DNA of 64,000 nt from Deltaproteobacteria bacterium (lineage in GTDB: Bacteria > SAR324 > XYD2-FULL-50-16), in the NCBI GenBank assembly GCA_018645005.1, contig JABGPJ010000066.1, positions 41,808-105,807 of the forward strand. Reading direction: 5' to 3'. The notes beneath the pieces were generated by a model that did no database searches, was not told the origin of the DNA, and was given only the letters and a program-made list of their open reading frames with translations. Numbering within the stretch: position 1 is the first letter of the stretch; each line of letters opens with the position of its first letter. The position numbers were made by a program, and so were the translations under genes. Positions 1 through 9,840 of the stretch are shown here, in pieces.

Positions 1-129
1 TTGAAAGAGCATCCCTGGTTTATCGCGGTACAGTATCATCCCGAATTTAAATCAAAACCCACAAAACCCCATCCGTTGTTTTACAGATTTGTTGAAGCCT
101 CCTACAATAACAAACAGAAGGCTAAGTAA
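1..129 (+). CDS. pyrG: CTP synthase, C-terminal fragment (start lies upstream of the window)
   Basis: Frame +1 from position 1 translates to ...[42 protein letters not shown]. This matches the conserved C-terminal glutamine amidotransferase end of CTP synthases (HPxFxxxQFHPEF...PHPLF). Stop codon at 127-129. Confidence 0.6.
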   Translation: MKEHPWFIAVQYHPEFKSKPTKPHPLFYRFVEASYNNKQKAK

Positions 130-257
130 ACGGGCAGAAATTTTACCGTTTACTGCATAAAGAGTAGCTGTTTGGGCGATCTTAAAGAGACGGATACTCA
201 CATAGCGATGTAACTAAAGGATGTTTTCCTAATTTATCATTACGATCTAAGCATTTT

Positions 258-1262
258 ATGGAAACGAATTCAGGCTATCGGCTCCTCCATATGCGGATGG
301 GCATTTTGTTGCTGATTCTAATGTCCTGGTGCTCGGTTCAGGCGGCAGAGACATATAAAATTCAGGGAACAATCCTGACCGAAAAGCAGAAACCTGCTGG
401 TGGAGCGGTTGTCCTGTTGATGAAAATCGTTATGCAGGGACAACCGACAATCAGTCCGCTGAAACAAGGGTTGTCAGATGAACAAGGTCGGTACGAGTTT
501 ATAATTGAGCCAGCGGAAGCTAACTCTTTTTTTCGAATTGAGGCCATGACTGAAAAGTCGACGACCAGTTCTGAGCCATTCAAGTTTAAGAAAGGTCAGT
601 TCGTGAAGTCGATGCGACTCATTTTACCAACAATTAAGAAGGGGGCGACATATCTTGATTTCGGCAGGGATATTCTGGTTGTTGACGCCATGGAATCTGC
701 TTTGCGAATAACCGAAATTATTAGGTTTTCAAACAAATCAAACGCCATGGTGAATACCGACAGTGAGCCGATTATAAAACGGATTCCTGCCGAAGCTGAG
801 AACTTTCAGTTATTTAAAGGGCAGAACCGTTTCAATGCGACGAGGGAATCGGATAAAATTCTGTTCAGACTGCTTGTGCCACCAGGAGATAATCAACTTT
901 ATTTCAGTTATGATCTTCCTGTGAATAAGCGGTCGGTTGTATTCTTAAATCATCTGCTACCTCAGACTGGCGAGATGGAGATCATCGCTCCGGTCAATAC
1001 GCTGGATCTCTCTTTTGACAGGCCGCCTGAGCTTGCTGCAGCCAGAATTGTCAGGCAGGTAAAACGTTTCAGTAATAAACAATATGATTCGCAAACAATT
1101 TTTCTTGAAGAAGATCAAAGAGAAATCGCCGTAGTGATCAAGAATATTCCAATTTCCCGGGAACAATTCTACTATCCGGCCATCATGCTTGCGGCACTGT
1201 TATTTTTCGGATTGTCCTTCTTTCTTATCAAAAGGTCTCAACCCGCTTCAGAAAACAGCTAA
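258..1262 (+). CDS. Hypothetical exported protein with N-terminal signal peptide and C-terminal transmembrane anchor (start may be 291)
   Basis: ORF of 334 aa. The N-terminus MRMGILLLILMSWCSVQA-AETY looks like a signal peptide. The C-terminus has a hydrophobic helix (AIMLAALLFFGLSFFLI) followed by a charged tail. No family recognised by eye. Confidence 0.45.
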   Translation: METNSGYRLLHMRMGILLLILMSWCSVQAAETYKIQGTILTEKQKPAGGAVVLLMKIVMQGQPTISPLKQGLSDEQGRYEFIIEPAEANSFFRIEAMTEKSTTSSEPFKFKKGQFVKSMRLILPTIKKGATYLDFGRDILVVDAMESALRITEIIRFSNKSNAMVNTDSEPIIKRIPAEAENFQLFKGQNRFNATRESDKILFRLLVPPGDNQLYFSYDLPVNKRSVVFLNHLLPQTGEMEIIAPVNTLDLSFDRPPELAAARIVRQVKRFSNKQYDSQTIFLEEDQREIAVVIKNIPISREQFYYPAIMLAALLFFGLSFFLIKRSQPASENS

Positions 1263-1277
1263 CTGGTAGAGCTGGCT

Positions 1278-1985
1278 TTGCCAGTCAAGATGGTCTCGAA
1301 CTATTTAAAAACCTCTTCTCACAGGTTCTACGGCGCAGTTGTGACCTTAATCATGCTGCTGTTGTATGAAATTCTGATCATCTGGGAAAACACTTCAAAT
1401 GTTGTTATTCGGAACGCTCCGGAAGCCTGGTTTCGAACACTACTCAATTTTCTGGGCATCTCCCACTATTATATCAGTTTCATCATGGTTACAGCGGCTA
1501 TTCTGGCGGTTCCTCTTTTCTACAAGCCAGGATTGGCGGTTCGTAAAAATGTTTTTCTGCTACTCATCCTTGAATCCATTGTCTGGGGAGCTATTTCCGG
1601 TCTGTTGATTCAGGCAATTATTGCCCAACTTTTTCTGGTGACCGGTAGCATATCCGGCTCCATTATTGGCGATCTTGGTCTGGCAATTGGTGCTGGATTG
1701 TTTGAAGAGCTTTTTTTTCGTGTGATCCTGACTTCGGCACTGATCTGGATCTGTCATAAGCTGATTCCGCTCAAATGGCTTTCAATCGTGGTGGCCGTTA
1801 TCCTCGCCTCATTTTTGTTTTCTCTGGCACATTACGTCGGTAGTGCGGGGGATGCATTTGAAATTTATTCTTTTTTATTTCGGTTTCTGGCCGGATTGTG
1901 GTTCACAACCCTGTATTCCGTCAGGGGGTTTGCTGTGGTGTGCCTGACACATGCTTTTTATGACATATTCATCCTCATATTTTAA
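1278..1985 (+). CDS. CPBP-family (CAAX protease / Abi) intramembrane metalloprotease
   Basis: Polytopic membrane protein of 235 aa. It carries the CPBP motifs EELFFR (motif 1, EExxxR) and FSLAHY (motif 2, FxxxH). Confidence 0.65.
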   Translation: MPVKMVSNYLKTSSHRFYGAVVTLIMLLLYEILIIWENTSNVVIRNAPEAWFRTLLNFLGISHYYISFIMVTAAILAVPLFYKPGLAVRKNVFLLLILESIVWGAISGLLIQAIIAQLFLVTGSISGSIIGDLGLAIGAGLFEELFFRVILTSALIWICHKLIPLKWLSIVVAVILASFLFSLAHYVGSAGDAFEIYSFLFRFLAGLWFTTLYSVRGFAVVCLTHAFYDIFILIF

Positions 1986-2286
1986 TTAATCGGAAATTTG
2001 TACCTGTGCGAGAAATGTCTGATCGGCAATCAGGGTTCGATCTGAAAACTCGATTCAAGCTTTGTCATACCTGACTTTTGCGAAGGACAATCGGAGATGG
2101 TTTGATCAGGTGGGCTCATTGACTATCTGACAGAAAAAAGGCAACATCTAAGGTTAGGTTGCTTCATGACCGGGCTGATTTTGCTTTTAAGACGGATGTC
2201 GATCTTGGGTGCTAATCAGTCTTATTACAGGTCCGAGGGGCCTGTGGGGTGATAGCCCTCTTTTTCTCAACAGATCGAGGCGAAAT

Positions 2287-2808
2287 ATGAAAAAAATAAT
2301 TCTGGTCACAATCTTTATCCTACTGGCAACATCCGTATTTGGGCAGGTTGCGATGAAAGTAGGATATGTCAATATGAACAAAGCGATCAATCTTTCCAAT
2401 GAGGGTAAGCGATCGAAGAAGTTTCTGGAGGTTCAGGCGCAACGCACCCAGGGGCTGTTAAAGGCTAAGGAGCAAGATCTGCTCAAGAAAGAGGCAGAGT
2501 TGAAGAATAGCATTATGCTGAATGAGACTGCCAAAAATATTAAAAGACAGGAGATCGTCAGGCTCAAAAAAGAGTTGAGGGATGACCTTGGCAAGGCAAA
2601 AAAAAGCATGCGCCAGGATGAAATGAGGCATTCAACTAAAATTTTCAAGGATCTCGTCCTGGTTATCAAGGAGATAGCAAAGGAGGAGAATTTTGATTTG
2701 ATCTTGGAATTCAATGTCAAACAGACCATTCTCTTCTCCAAGTATGAAATGATCGATATCACCGATAAAGCAACTGAACGGTATAATAAAATTCAGTCAA
2801 TAGAGTAA
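2287..2808 (+). CDS. skp: OmpH/Skp-family periplasmic chaperone
   Basis: ATG at 2287 gives MKKIILVTIFILLATSVFGQ, a signal peptide, then VAMKVGYVNMNKAI and a lysine/glutamate-rich coiled-coil. This is typical of Skp. It sits directly upstream of fabZ-lpxA, the conserved context. The ORF track start at 2209 (TTG) is probably too far upstream. Confidence 0.7.
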   Translation: MKKIILVTIFILLATSVFGQVAMKVGYVNMNKAINLSNEGKRSKKFLEVQAQRTQGLLKAKEQDLLKKEAELKNSIMLNETAKNIKRQEIVRLKKELRDDLGKAKKSMRQDEMRHSTKIFKDLVLVIKEIAKEENFDLILEFNVKQTILFSKYEMIDITDKATERYNKIQSIE

Positions 2809-2876
2809 CTGTGGCCGACTAAACCCGGAAATCACTCTCACTGGGATTACGTCTGAATTTAACGAATAAGAGGAAA

Positions 2877-3326
2877 ATGACCATGGTATTGGATATATTG
2901 CAAATTAAAGAACGACTGAAACACCGGTTTCCCTTTCTATTGATCGATCGGGTTTTAGAACTGGAAGAGGGCGTGAAGTGTACGGCTTTAAAAAATGTGA
3001 CCGTGAACGAGCCGTTTTTTCAGGGGCATTTTCCGGAAAGCCCAATTTTTCCAGGGGTCTTGATCGTTGAAGCGATGGCACAAACAGGTGGTATTGCCGG
3101 GTATACATTGTCAGAGTCAAAGGGAAAGGATCTAACCTTCTTTGCGGGATTCGATAAGGTTAAGTTCAAAAAACCGGTAGTTCCGGGAGATCAACTGATT
3201 TTGAAATCCGAATTTATTAAGCGAAAGATGAATATCTGGTTTCTAACGGGTGAGGCATTTGTGGATGACAAACTCGTTGCACGGGCTGACTTCAAACTGG
3301 CAATAATTCCATCTGCGGAAAGTTAA
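2877..3326 (+). CDS. fabZ: 3-hydroxyacyl-[ACP] dehydratase FabZ
   Basis: Hot-dog fold signature LLIDRVLELEEG...FFQGHFPESPIFPGVLIVEAMAQ. Length 149 aa. Immediately upstream of lpxA. Confidence 0.9.
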   Translation: MTMVLDILQIKERLKHRFPFLLIDRVLELEEGVKCTALKNVTVNEPFFQGHFPESPIFPGVLIVEAMAQTGGIAGYTLSESKGKDLTFFAGFDKVKFKKPVVPGDQLILKSEFIKRKMNIWFLTGEAFVDDKLVARADFKLAIIPSAES

Positions 3327-3387
3327 TCAGCAGAAAAACGCTGTTTTCAGATCACCGAAACAAAAATATTTCAGTCAGAAACTTAAG

Positions 3388-4158
3388 ATGATTCATCAAA
3401 CCGCAATCATTGATCCGGAAGCGAAGCTGCACAGCAGTGTCGAAGTGGGTGCTTATTCTGTTATTGGCCCTGGTGTTGAAATTGGAGCAGATTGCCGAAT
3501 TGCGCATCACGTTGTCATTGAAGGACCGACCAAGATAGGAGCCGGGTCCAGGATTTTCCCCTTCGCATCATTGGGCCTTGAGCCCCAGGATAAGAAGTTT
3601 CAAGGGGAACAGTCCTATCTTGAAATCGGAAGCCATAATACGATTCGAGAGTATGTGACCATCAATCGTGGGACTGAGGTTGGCGGCGGAACTACAAAAC
3701 TTGGAGATCATGGCTGGATCATGGCGTATTGCCATATCGCCCATGACTGCATTGTTGGTGATCATGTCACCATGTCTAATGGAGCCACCCTGGGTGGTCA
3801 TGTGGTTGTAAAGGATTATGCGAATATCGGCGGACTATCAGGCGTACACCAATTTTGCCGGATAGGAGAGTATGCGATTGTGGGCGGGCAGAGCATGATT
3901 ACACAGGATGTTGTGCCGTTTGCCATCGCAGCAGGAAATCGAGCCAAACTGGCCGGCGTTAACTATATTGGTTTGGATCGCAGGGGATTCACATCAGAGG
4001 AGATCGATATCATTAACCAGGCCTTCAAAATATTTTTTAAAAATGGCCTGACAAGAGATGTCGCTTTGCTAAAATTGAAAGAGGAATTTCCGGAATCAGC
4101 CCATATTGGAATGTTCGTGGATTTTATTCAATCTTCAGAACGGGGTGTTTGCCGCTGA
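3388..4158 (+). CDS. lpxA: Acyl-ACP:UDP-N-acetylglucosamine O-acyltransferase LpxA
   Basis: Left-handed beta-helix hexapeptide repeats, MIHQTAIIDPEAKL start and catalytic HIAHDC region. Global similarity to E. coli LpxA. Confidence 0.9.
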   Translation: MIHQTAIIDPEAKLHSSVEVGAYSVIGPGVEIGADCRIAHHVVIEGPTKIGAGSRIFPFASLGLEPQDKKFQGEQSYLEIGSHNTIREYVTINRGTEVGGGTTKLGDHGWIMAYCHIAHDCIVGDHVTMSNGATLGGHVVVKDYANIGGLSGVHQFCRIGEYAIVGGQSMITQDVVPFAIAAGNRAKLAGVNYIGLDRRGFTSEEIDIINQAFKIFFKNGLTRDVALLKLKEEFPESAHIGMFVDFIQSSERGVCR

Positions 4159-4345
4159 GTAAGTAAAACACATGGATGCCATTTCAAATTAGAGGATTAT
4201 TCAAAATTACCTCTTGTTCCCAAAACGCTTATAGACGGAAACTCTCATTGAGCGATAACACCCTCTCACTGTTGCCCACATCCGGGATTCAGTGGTGAAA
4301 CACGACCGACAGTTTGACAAAAAAAATACTGACCTGAATTACTAA

Positions 4346-5401
4346 TTGATCAGATATGCAGGAATCCGTGAAATGAATAAAATGAACATTGCTGTTGTCG
4401 GCTATGGATATTGGGGACCCAATTTAGTCCGTAATTTTTCCTGGTTGACTGAAACCCATGTAAAATATGTTTGTGATCTCGATGAAAACCGTCTGGAGAA
4501 GGTCCAGGCTCTTTTCCCCAATGTTGAGATCACGACGACCGACTATCAACAGATTCTCGATGATCCCCAAATTACAGCTGTGGCAATCGCCACTCCGGTG
4601 GGAACTCACTTTCCTTTGGCTAAAGCAGCTTTGGAAGCCGGGAAACATGTACTGGTCGAAAAACCGATGACTGATAAGGCCGAGGATGCGGCGGCGCTGA
4701 ACGCACTGGCCAGAAAAATGGATCGGATCATAATGGTGGACCATACCTTTCTCTACACTGGTGCTGTCAAAAAAATAAAAGAACTGGTTGATTCCGGGCA
4801 GATTGGGGATATTTACTATTTTGATTCGGTTCGAGTAAATCTGGGGCTGTTTCAGAACGATGTTAATGTCATCTGGGATCTTGCGCCCCATGATCTCTCC
4901 ATCATGAAATACATCATTGGGAAAAAGCCTGTCAGTGTGAGTGCAAACGGTGTCTCTCACGTTAAAAACAATCTGGAGAATATAGCATATTTGTCGGTGT
5001 TTTATGACGATTCAACTTTTGCCCATTTTCATATCAACTGGCTTTCTCCAATCAAGGTCCGGCAGATAATGATTGGTGGTTCGGAAAAAATGATCGTTTA
5101 CAACGACATGGAAAATACAGAGAAAATAAAAGTATACGATACCGGGGTGGAGCTGAACTCAGGTGACAAAGATCTCCTGTATCAGGCTCTGATTCAGTAT
5201 CGTACCGGAGATATGTACGCCCCAAAACTAGACCAGACGGAAGCGCTGAAAACAGAATGCCAGCATTTTGTCGATTGTATTCGACAGGGAAAGTCTCCGA
5301 TCAGCGATGGTGAATTCGGGTTGGAGATTGTGAAAATTCTGGAGGCAGCGCAGTCTTCCATCAAACAACAGGGAAAAAACATCTATCTGGAAGAGATATG
5401 A
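4346..5401 (+). CDS. gnnA: Gfo/Idh/MocA-family NAD-dependent oxidoreductase, probable UDP-GlcNAc 3-dehydrogenase GnnA (start may be 4373 or 4382)
   Basis: N-terminal Rossmann motif IAVVGYGYWGPN and the EKP motif typical of Gfo/Idh/MocA enzymes. It lies between lpxA and lpxB next to a DegT aminotransferase, the gnnA/gnnB arrangement described for Acidithiobacillus ferrooxidans. Confidence 0.6.
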   Translation: MIRYAGIREMNKMNIAVVGYGYWGPNLVRNFSWLTETHVKYVCDLDENRLEKVQALFPNVEITTTDYQQILDDPQITAVAIATPVGTHFPLAKAALEAGKHVLVEKPMTDKAEDAAALNALARKMDRIIMVDHTFLYTGAVKKIKELVDSGQIGDIYYFDSVRVNLGLFQNDVNVIWDLAPHDLSIMKYIIGKKPVSVSANGVSHVKNNLENIAYLSVFYDDSTFAHFHINWLSPIKVRQIMIGGSEKMIVYNDMENTEKIKVYDTGVELNSGDKDLLYQALIQYRTGDMYAPKLDQTEALKTECQHFVDCIRQGKSPISDGEFGLEIVKILEAAQSSIKQQGKNIYLEEI

Positions 5402-6909
5402 TAAAACTTCTTCTGTCACACGATCTACTGATTGAAGCACTACAGAACCCTGAAACGGCAGCGACGCAGCTCATAAAAAAATGCACGGATGATCCAGGAA
5501 TCCAGGCCTGGATTCTTGCTCATGCGGTTCAAATCTGCGCCAGCCAAGGCTTTTCAAGTGAAAAAATCGGACAACTAATCGACGGACTCGCACAAATTCC
5601 TAATAACGCACACCTCAACGAACAGGCCCTTGCGTCCCAGGTTGGCTTTGAAACCGGATTGCAGATCGCTGCGGCCAGGATGTTTAAGATTCCACGTGTG
5701 GTTGTTACCAAACCTCAAGAAGATGAAAAAGGGGTTGCTTTCATCGACTGTCGGGAGGCCCTGGATATTGACGTTTTGATGGATTCTCAGCGGGTTGATT
5801 TCCTTAATTTGAATCTTGCTCTTCATCCTATATTCAACCGTATGGATGGCTGGTTTATGGAGATCATCCAAAATACCGCTTTTGCTGGTGGTAATCACGT
5901 GGCCGAATTTGAAAAGGAATTTGCAGGTTTTTGTCAGATTCCCCATGCGGTTGGTGTCAGCAATGGAACAGACGCTCTGTTGTTTGCACTGCTTGCGATG
6001 GGGATTCAACAAGGGGATGAAATCATCACGGTTCCTAACACGTTTATCGCCACTACTGAAGCGATTTCACAGGCGGGTGCAGTTCCTGTTTTTGTGGATG
6101 TCTACCCTGATTCGTATAATATAAATACGGATTTAATCGAAGAGAAGATAACAGACAAAACCAGAGCCATTCTGCCGGTACACCTTTATGGGCAAGTTGC
6201 TGATATGGACGCTATCATGGCGATTGCTGCAAAGCATCATCTATTGGTTCTGGAAGACGCCTGTCAGGCACATGGGGCCTATTATAAGGGTAAACGGGCC
6301 GGTACTCTCGGACACGCCGGGGCTTTCAGCATGTATCCGGGAAAAAATCTGGGGGCATTTGGGGAAGCGGGATGCGTCATTACGCCTGATCCCAAAATAG
6401 CCGCAACCGTAAAGCGTTTGCGGGAACATGGGCAAAGCAAGAAGTACTATCATCTGGTAGAAGGTTATAATGGACGGATGGATAATTTACAGGCCGCTGC
6501 GTTAAGAGCCAAACTGCCCTTCCTGGATGAGTGGAATGAAAATAGGCAGAAGATAGCCCGGCTTTATCAAGAGGGACTCAGTGAGGTTCCCGAGGTGAAA
6601 CTGCCGGTAATAAACGATTATGCAAGTCATGTTTTCCATCTGTTTGTCATACTGGTTCAGGATCCCCATGAGCTTTCTGCTTATTTGAAACAGCAGGAGA
6701 TTCATACAGGGTTTCATTATCCTGTACCACTACATCTGCAGGAGGCGTATGCAGGTCGGGAGGAACAGCAGGGGAGTTATCCTGTTTCCGAACAATGTGC
6801 TGATCAACTGCTTAGCCTGCCGATATTTCCTGAATTGACTGAAAGACAGGTCAGTCGTGTCTGTGATGAGATAAAGCTGTATTACCAGCGAAGCGCTTCT
6901 ACCGGCTAA
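5398..6909 (+). CDS. gnnB: DegT/DnrJ/EryC1/StrS-family PLP aminotransferase, probable UDP-3-keto-GlcNAc transaminase GnnB, with an N-terminal extension of about 130 aa of unknown function
   Basis: Residues from about 130 to the end align by eye to the DegT family (VDFLNLNLALHPI...HVAEFEKEFAGFCQIPHAVGVSNGTDAL...YNGRMDNLQAAAL). Its start overlaps the gnnA stop (ATGA). The first 130 aa have no recognisable match. Confidence 0.6.
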   Translation: MIKLLLSHDLLIEALQNPETAATQLIKKCTDDPGIQAWILAHAVQICASQGFSSEKIGQLIDGLAQIPNNAHLNEQALASQVGFETGLQIAAARMFKIPRVVVTKPQEDEKGVAFIDCREALDIDVLMDSQRVDFLNLNLALHPIFNRMDGWFMEIIQNTAFAGGNHVAEFEKEFAGFCQIPHAVGVSNGTDALLFALLAMGIQQGDEIITVPNTFIATTEAISQAGAVPVFVDVYPDSYNINTDLIEEKITDKTRAILPVHLYGQVADMDAIMAIAAKHHLLVLEDACQAHGAYYKGKRAGTLGHAGAFSMYPGKNLGAFGEAGCVITPDPKIAATVKRLREHGQSKKYYHLVEGYNGRMDNLQAAALRAKLPFLDEWNENRQKIARLYQEGLSEVPEVKLPVINDYASHVFHLFVILVQDPHELSAYLKQQEIHTGFHYPVPLHLQEAYAGREEQQGSYPVSEQCADQLLSLPIFPELTERQVSRVCDEIKLYYQRSASTG

Positions 6910-6940
6910 TTATTAGATGCAATAGATATTCAGGCAACCT

Positions 6941-8065
6941 ATGAGCAAATTGATGGTCATTTCAGGAGAAGCGTCCGGGGATCTGCATGGTGGCAATGTC
7001 GTCCAGCGCCTGAAATTATTGCGTCCAGACCTCGAAATCATCGGAACTGGAGGGGACAATTTGGCGGCAGCCGGAGCTCGACTATTCTACCGGGTGGAGG
7101 ACCTCGCGGTGATTGGTTTTTCTGAAGTACTAAAGGTATACAAACATCTTAAAGCCGTTTTCGATGACCTGGTCAGAAAACTCGATGAAGAAAAACCGGA
7201 TGCAGTGCTGCTGATAGATTATCCGGCATTTAATCTGAAGTTTGCCGGGGAAGCAAAAAAAAGAGGTATTAAGGTCATTTTCTACATCGCGCCGCAAGTG
7301 TGGGCCTGGAAAAAAAACAGAATTCACAAAATTAAAGCGTTGGTTGACGAGCTGATCGTTCTTTTCCCCTTTGAAGTAGATTTTTTCAAAAAGGAGGGGA
7401 TGAAGACCCATTGCTTTGGGCACCCTTTACTCGATATTGCTGAGCCGACACTGGATCGCAAAGATTTCATTCAGAAATGGCAATTGAGCCCGACGAAGAA
7501 AACGATCAGTCTCCTGCCTGGAAGCCGAAAAAACGAAATTGCCAAGCACCTGCCGTTGTTATGCGAAACAGCCAAACAGATCGCGCGGGAACGGGATGAC
7601 ATCCAGTTTATCTACCCTCTGGCACCGACGGTCAGCAAGGCATCTGTTGCGTCTGATCTCAACCAGAAAAACCCCTCTATCACACTGATTGAAGCAGACA
7701 CTTACAATACGATTGCGCACTCCGATCTGGCTCTGGTCACGTCTGGCACAGCGACACTGGAAACGGCAATTCTGAAAACGCCCCTGATTATCATTTACAA
7801 ATCATCGCTGGTCACCTACTTGATTGGCAAGTACATGCTGAGGATCAAAGCGATAGGGTTGCCCAATATCATCGCAGACAGGGAGATTGTACCGGAAGAC
7901 CCACACTTTGTTTCTCCAGGTAAAATAGCAAACTGGGTTAATTACTATCTCACGAACGGTGAAGCCTACCTGAAGATTAAGCAAAATCTGATTGAGCTGA
8001 GGAGTCAACTGGGAGAAAAAGGGGCTTATCAGAAAACGGCTGCATTTATTAATACACTATTTTAA
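6941..8065 (+). CDS. lpxB: Lipid-A-disaccharide synthase LpxB
   Basis: MSKLMVISGEASGDLHGG N-terminus and GT19 family similarity throughout. Length 374 aa. Confidence 0.9.
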   Translation: MSKLMVISGEASGDLHGGNVVQRLKLLRPDLEIIGTGGDNLAAAGARLFYRVEDLAVIGFSEVLKVYKHLKAVFDDLVRKLDEEKPDAVLLIDYPAFNLKFAGEAKKRGIKVIFYIAPQVWAWKKNRIHKIKALVDELIVLFPFEVDFFKKEGMKTHCFGHPLLDIAEPTLDRKDFIQKWQLSPTKKTISLLPGSRKNEIAKHLPLLCETAKQIARERDDIQFIYPLAPTVSKASVASDLNQKNPSITLIEADTYNTIAHSDLALVTSGTATLETAILKTPLIIIYKSSLVTYLIGKYMLRIKAIGLPNIIADREIVPEDPHFVSPGKIANWVNYYLTNGEAYLKIKQNLIELRSQLGEKGAYQKTAAFINTLF

Positions 8066-8178
8066 ACCACTGAATTATCCGTTGACAGGATAAGAGCAAC
8101 CCCGGATTCAACGTACTGTTGAAGGGTGTTGCTCATCGAAAGTAAGCCAAGAATCGGACAGGAAAATAAACCCATCGC

Positions 8179-9324
8179 ATGAAAAAAGAGATTACGTTAG
8201 CAGGTAAAAATTATATCTTGATTGGAACTGCCCATATTTCCAAAGACAGTATTGAAGAAGTATCAGAGGTTATTAGCGATATTCGGCCGGATGCCGTTTG
8301 TGTAGAGTTGTGTGCAGGCCGGTATGAGTCTATCCGGAATGCAGACCATTGGAAAAGTATGGATATTGTCAAAGTGGTCAAAGAAGGAAAAGCCCCGATG
8401 TTGATGATGAATCTGATTCTATCGGCGTTTCAAAAGAAAATGGGTGATAAACTGGGAGTCAAACCCGGGGCAGAAATGGTCAAGGCAATTCAGATTGCAG
8501 AAGAGACCGGCAGTGAAATTGTGCTGGCTGATCGGGATATCACGATCACATTTAAAAGGGCCTGGGGCATTCTATCATTCTGGGAAAAGATCAAACTCTT
8601 TGGTCAGATTTTTGTCAGTGTCTTTGAAACGCCGGATATTTCAGAAGATGAAGTTGAAAGTCTGAAAGAAGGTGATATGTTGACGGAAGCGATTGATATG
8701 ATGGCAAAGGAACTGCCTGGGATAAAATCTGTCCTCATTGATGAAAGAGACCGGTTTCAGGCAGCGAAGATCCTGGAAGCAAAAGGAGAATCAATTGTTG
8801 CGGTTGTTGGCGCCGGACATATTCCAGGAATTATTCATCACATGGAAAATCCAGGGGACATTTCCGAATTGGAAACCACGCCTCCACCCGGGAAAACGGG
8901 GAAAATTCTGAAGTGGGGAATTCCTTTGGGAATACTTGCAATTATTGCCTATGGCTTTTTTGGAATGAATACGGATGTCAGCCTGGAAATGCTAAAGCGC
9001 TGGGTCCTGGCAAACGGGATTCTGTCAGCGTTAGGAGCGTTATTGGCCGGCGGCCATCTCTTGACAGTTTTGGTGGCCTTTGTCGCCGCGCCGATCACCT
9101 CGCTCAATCCAACCATTGCCGCGGGATGGGTCTCAGGTTTGACGGAAGCCTGGATTCGAAAACCAAAAGTTGAAGACTTCGAAAACCTGCCGGTGGACAT
9201 TACCTCAGTTCGCGGATTTCGGAAAAATGAAATCACCAGAATTTTACTGGTGGTCGTTTTGAGCAATCTGGGCAGCACAATCGGGACTTTTATCGGGATC
9301 CCCTTGATTACGTCTTTACTGTGA
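8179..9324 (+). CDS. TraB/GumN-family protein with C-terminal transmembrane segments
   Basis: ITLAGKNYILIGTAHISKDS...AVCVELC motif of the TraB/PrgY/GumN family. Hydrophobic C-terminal third. Confidence 0.65.
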   Translation: MKKEITLAGKNYILIGTAHISKDSIEEVSEVISDIRPDAVCVELCAGRYESIRNADHWKSMDIVKVVKEGKAPMLMMNLILSAFQKKMGDKLGVKPGAEMVKAIQIAEETGSEIVLADRDITITFKRAWGILSFWEKIKLFGQIFVSVFETPDISEDEVESLKEGDMLTEAIDMMAKELPGIKSVLIDERDRFQAAKILEAKGESIVAVVGAGHIPGIIHHMENPGDISELETTPPPGKTGKILKWGIPLGILAIIAYGFFGMNTDVSLEMLKRWVLANGILSALGALLAGGHLLTVLVAFVAAPITSLNPTIAAGWVSGLTEAWIRKPKVEDFENLPVDITSVRGFRKNEITRILLVVVLSNLGSTIGTFIGIPLITSLL

Positions 9325-9403
9325 TGTGTATCCGGACCCGTCGGGAATTTTTGTAAACCGGTTTTATAAAGACATACCGTGCTTATTGGATATATAGAAG
9401 GTA

Positions 9404-9510
9404 TTAAGGGTTGGCTCAAGAATTACTTGGCATTCTGCCTGCAAAATGTCCTGTCTTTACGAGACTTTTACGGACAGATTATGCCAAGTTATTTTTGTAC
9501 GATCCCTAAG
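9404..9510. repeat. 107-bp intergenic repeat, copy 1 of 3
   Basis: Near-identical 107-bp sequences at 9404-9510, 21122-21228 and 24735-24841, all in the same orientation. They run from TTAAGGG to CCCTAAG, with an internal imperfect inverted repeat AATTACTTGGCAT...ATGCCAAGTTATT. Confidence 0.85.
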
Positions 9511-9535
9511 TGCAAAAAAATGACAGAAATGGGTT

Positions 9536-9773
9536 CAGCAATGTCCGGTTAGGTTTTTGCAGTTCAAAAGCTGAATGATAAAACCCGTCTCTACACATAA
9601 GGATTTAAAGATTTTCTAAGTTTGCTTCACGAAAAACCGCCAAACTCGCTCGTGCTTTGCTCAAACATGGCTCATTTTCGCTACGCTAAACTAAGAAAAT
9701 CTAATAAATCCTTATCAGCGCGATCCAGGCTTCATCATTCAGCTTTTTGCAAAAACCTAACCGGACATTGCTG
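9536..9773. mobile_element. MITE-like non-autonomous element, long form, with 9-bp target-site duplication
   Basis: Terminal inverted repeats CAGCAATGTCCGGTTAGGTTTTTGCA (9536-9561) and their reverse complement (9748-9773). Flanked by direct repeats AAATGGGTT at 9527-9535 and 9774-9782. The internal region of about 185 bp is non-coding. Confidence 0.7.
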
Positions 9774-9840
9774 AAATGGGTTAGATTGAAGATGACAGTA
9801 CGATATTTTAAAAACAACAAACCTGTTTATTCTCTCAGGA

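Noticed and set aside
2020-2060. tRNA-like T-loop motif GGGTTCGATCTG in the gap between the CPBP gene and skp.
   Set aside because: The flanks cannot be folded into a cloverleaf. No D-arm consensus and no acceptor stem complementarity.
4424-4960. 178-aa minus-strand ORF inside gnnA, and similar antisense ORFs inside priA, the GT9 gene, the ATP-citrate-lyase-like genes and dsrA.
   Set aside because: All overlap well-supported sense-strand genes and show no family signatures. Treated as frame artifacts.
8179-9324. TraB-family gene as a possible conjugative-plasmid marker.
   Set aside because: The TraB/PrgY/GumN family is a widespread chromosomal family unrelated to conjugation machinery. No relaxase, type IV secretion or partition genes nearby.
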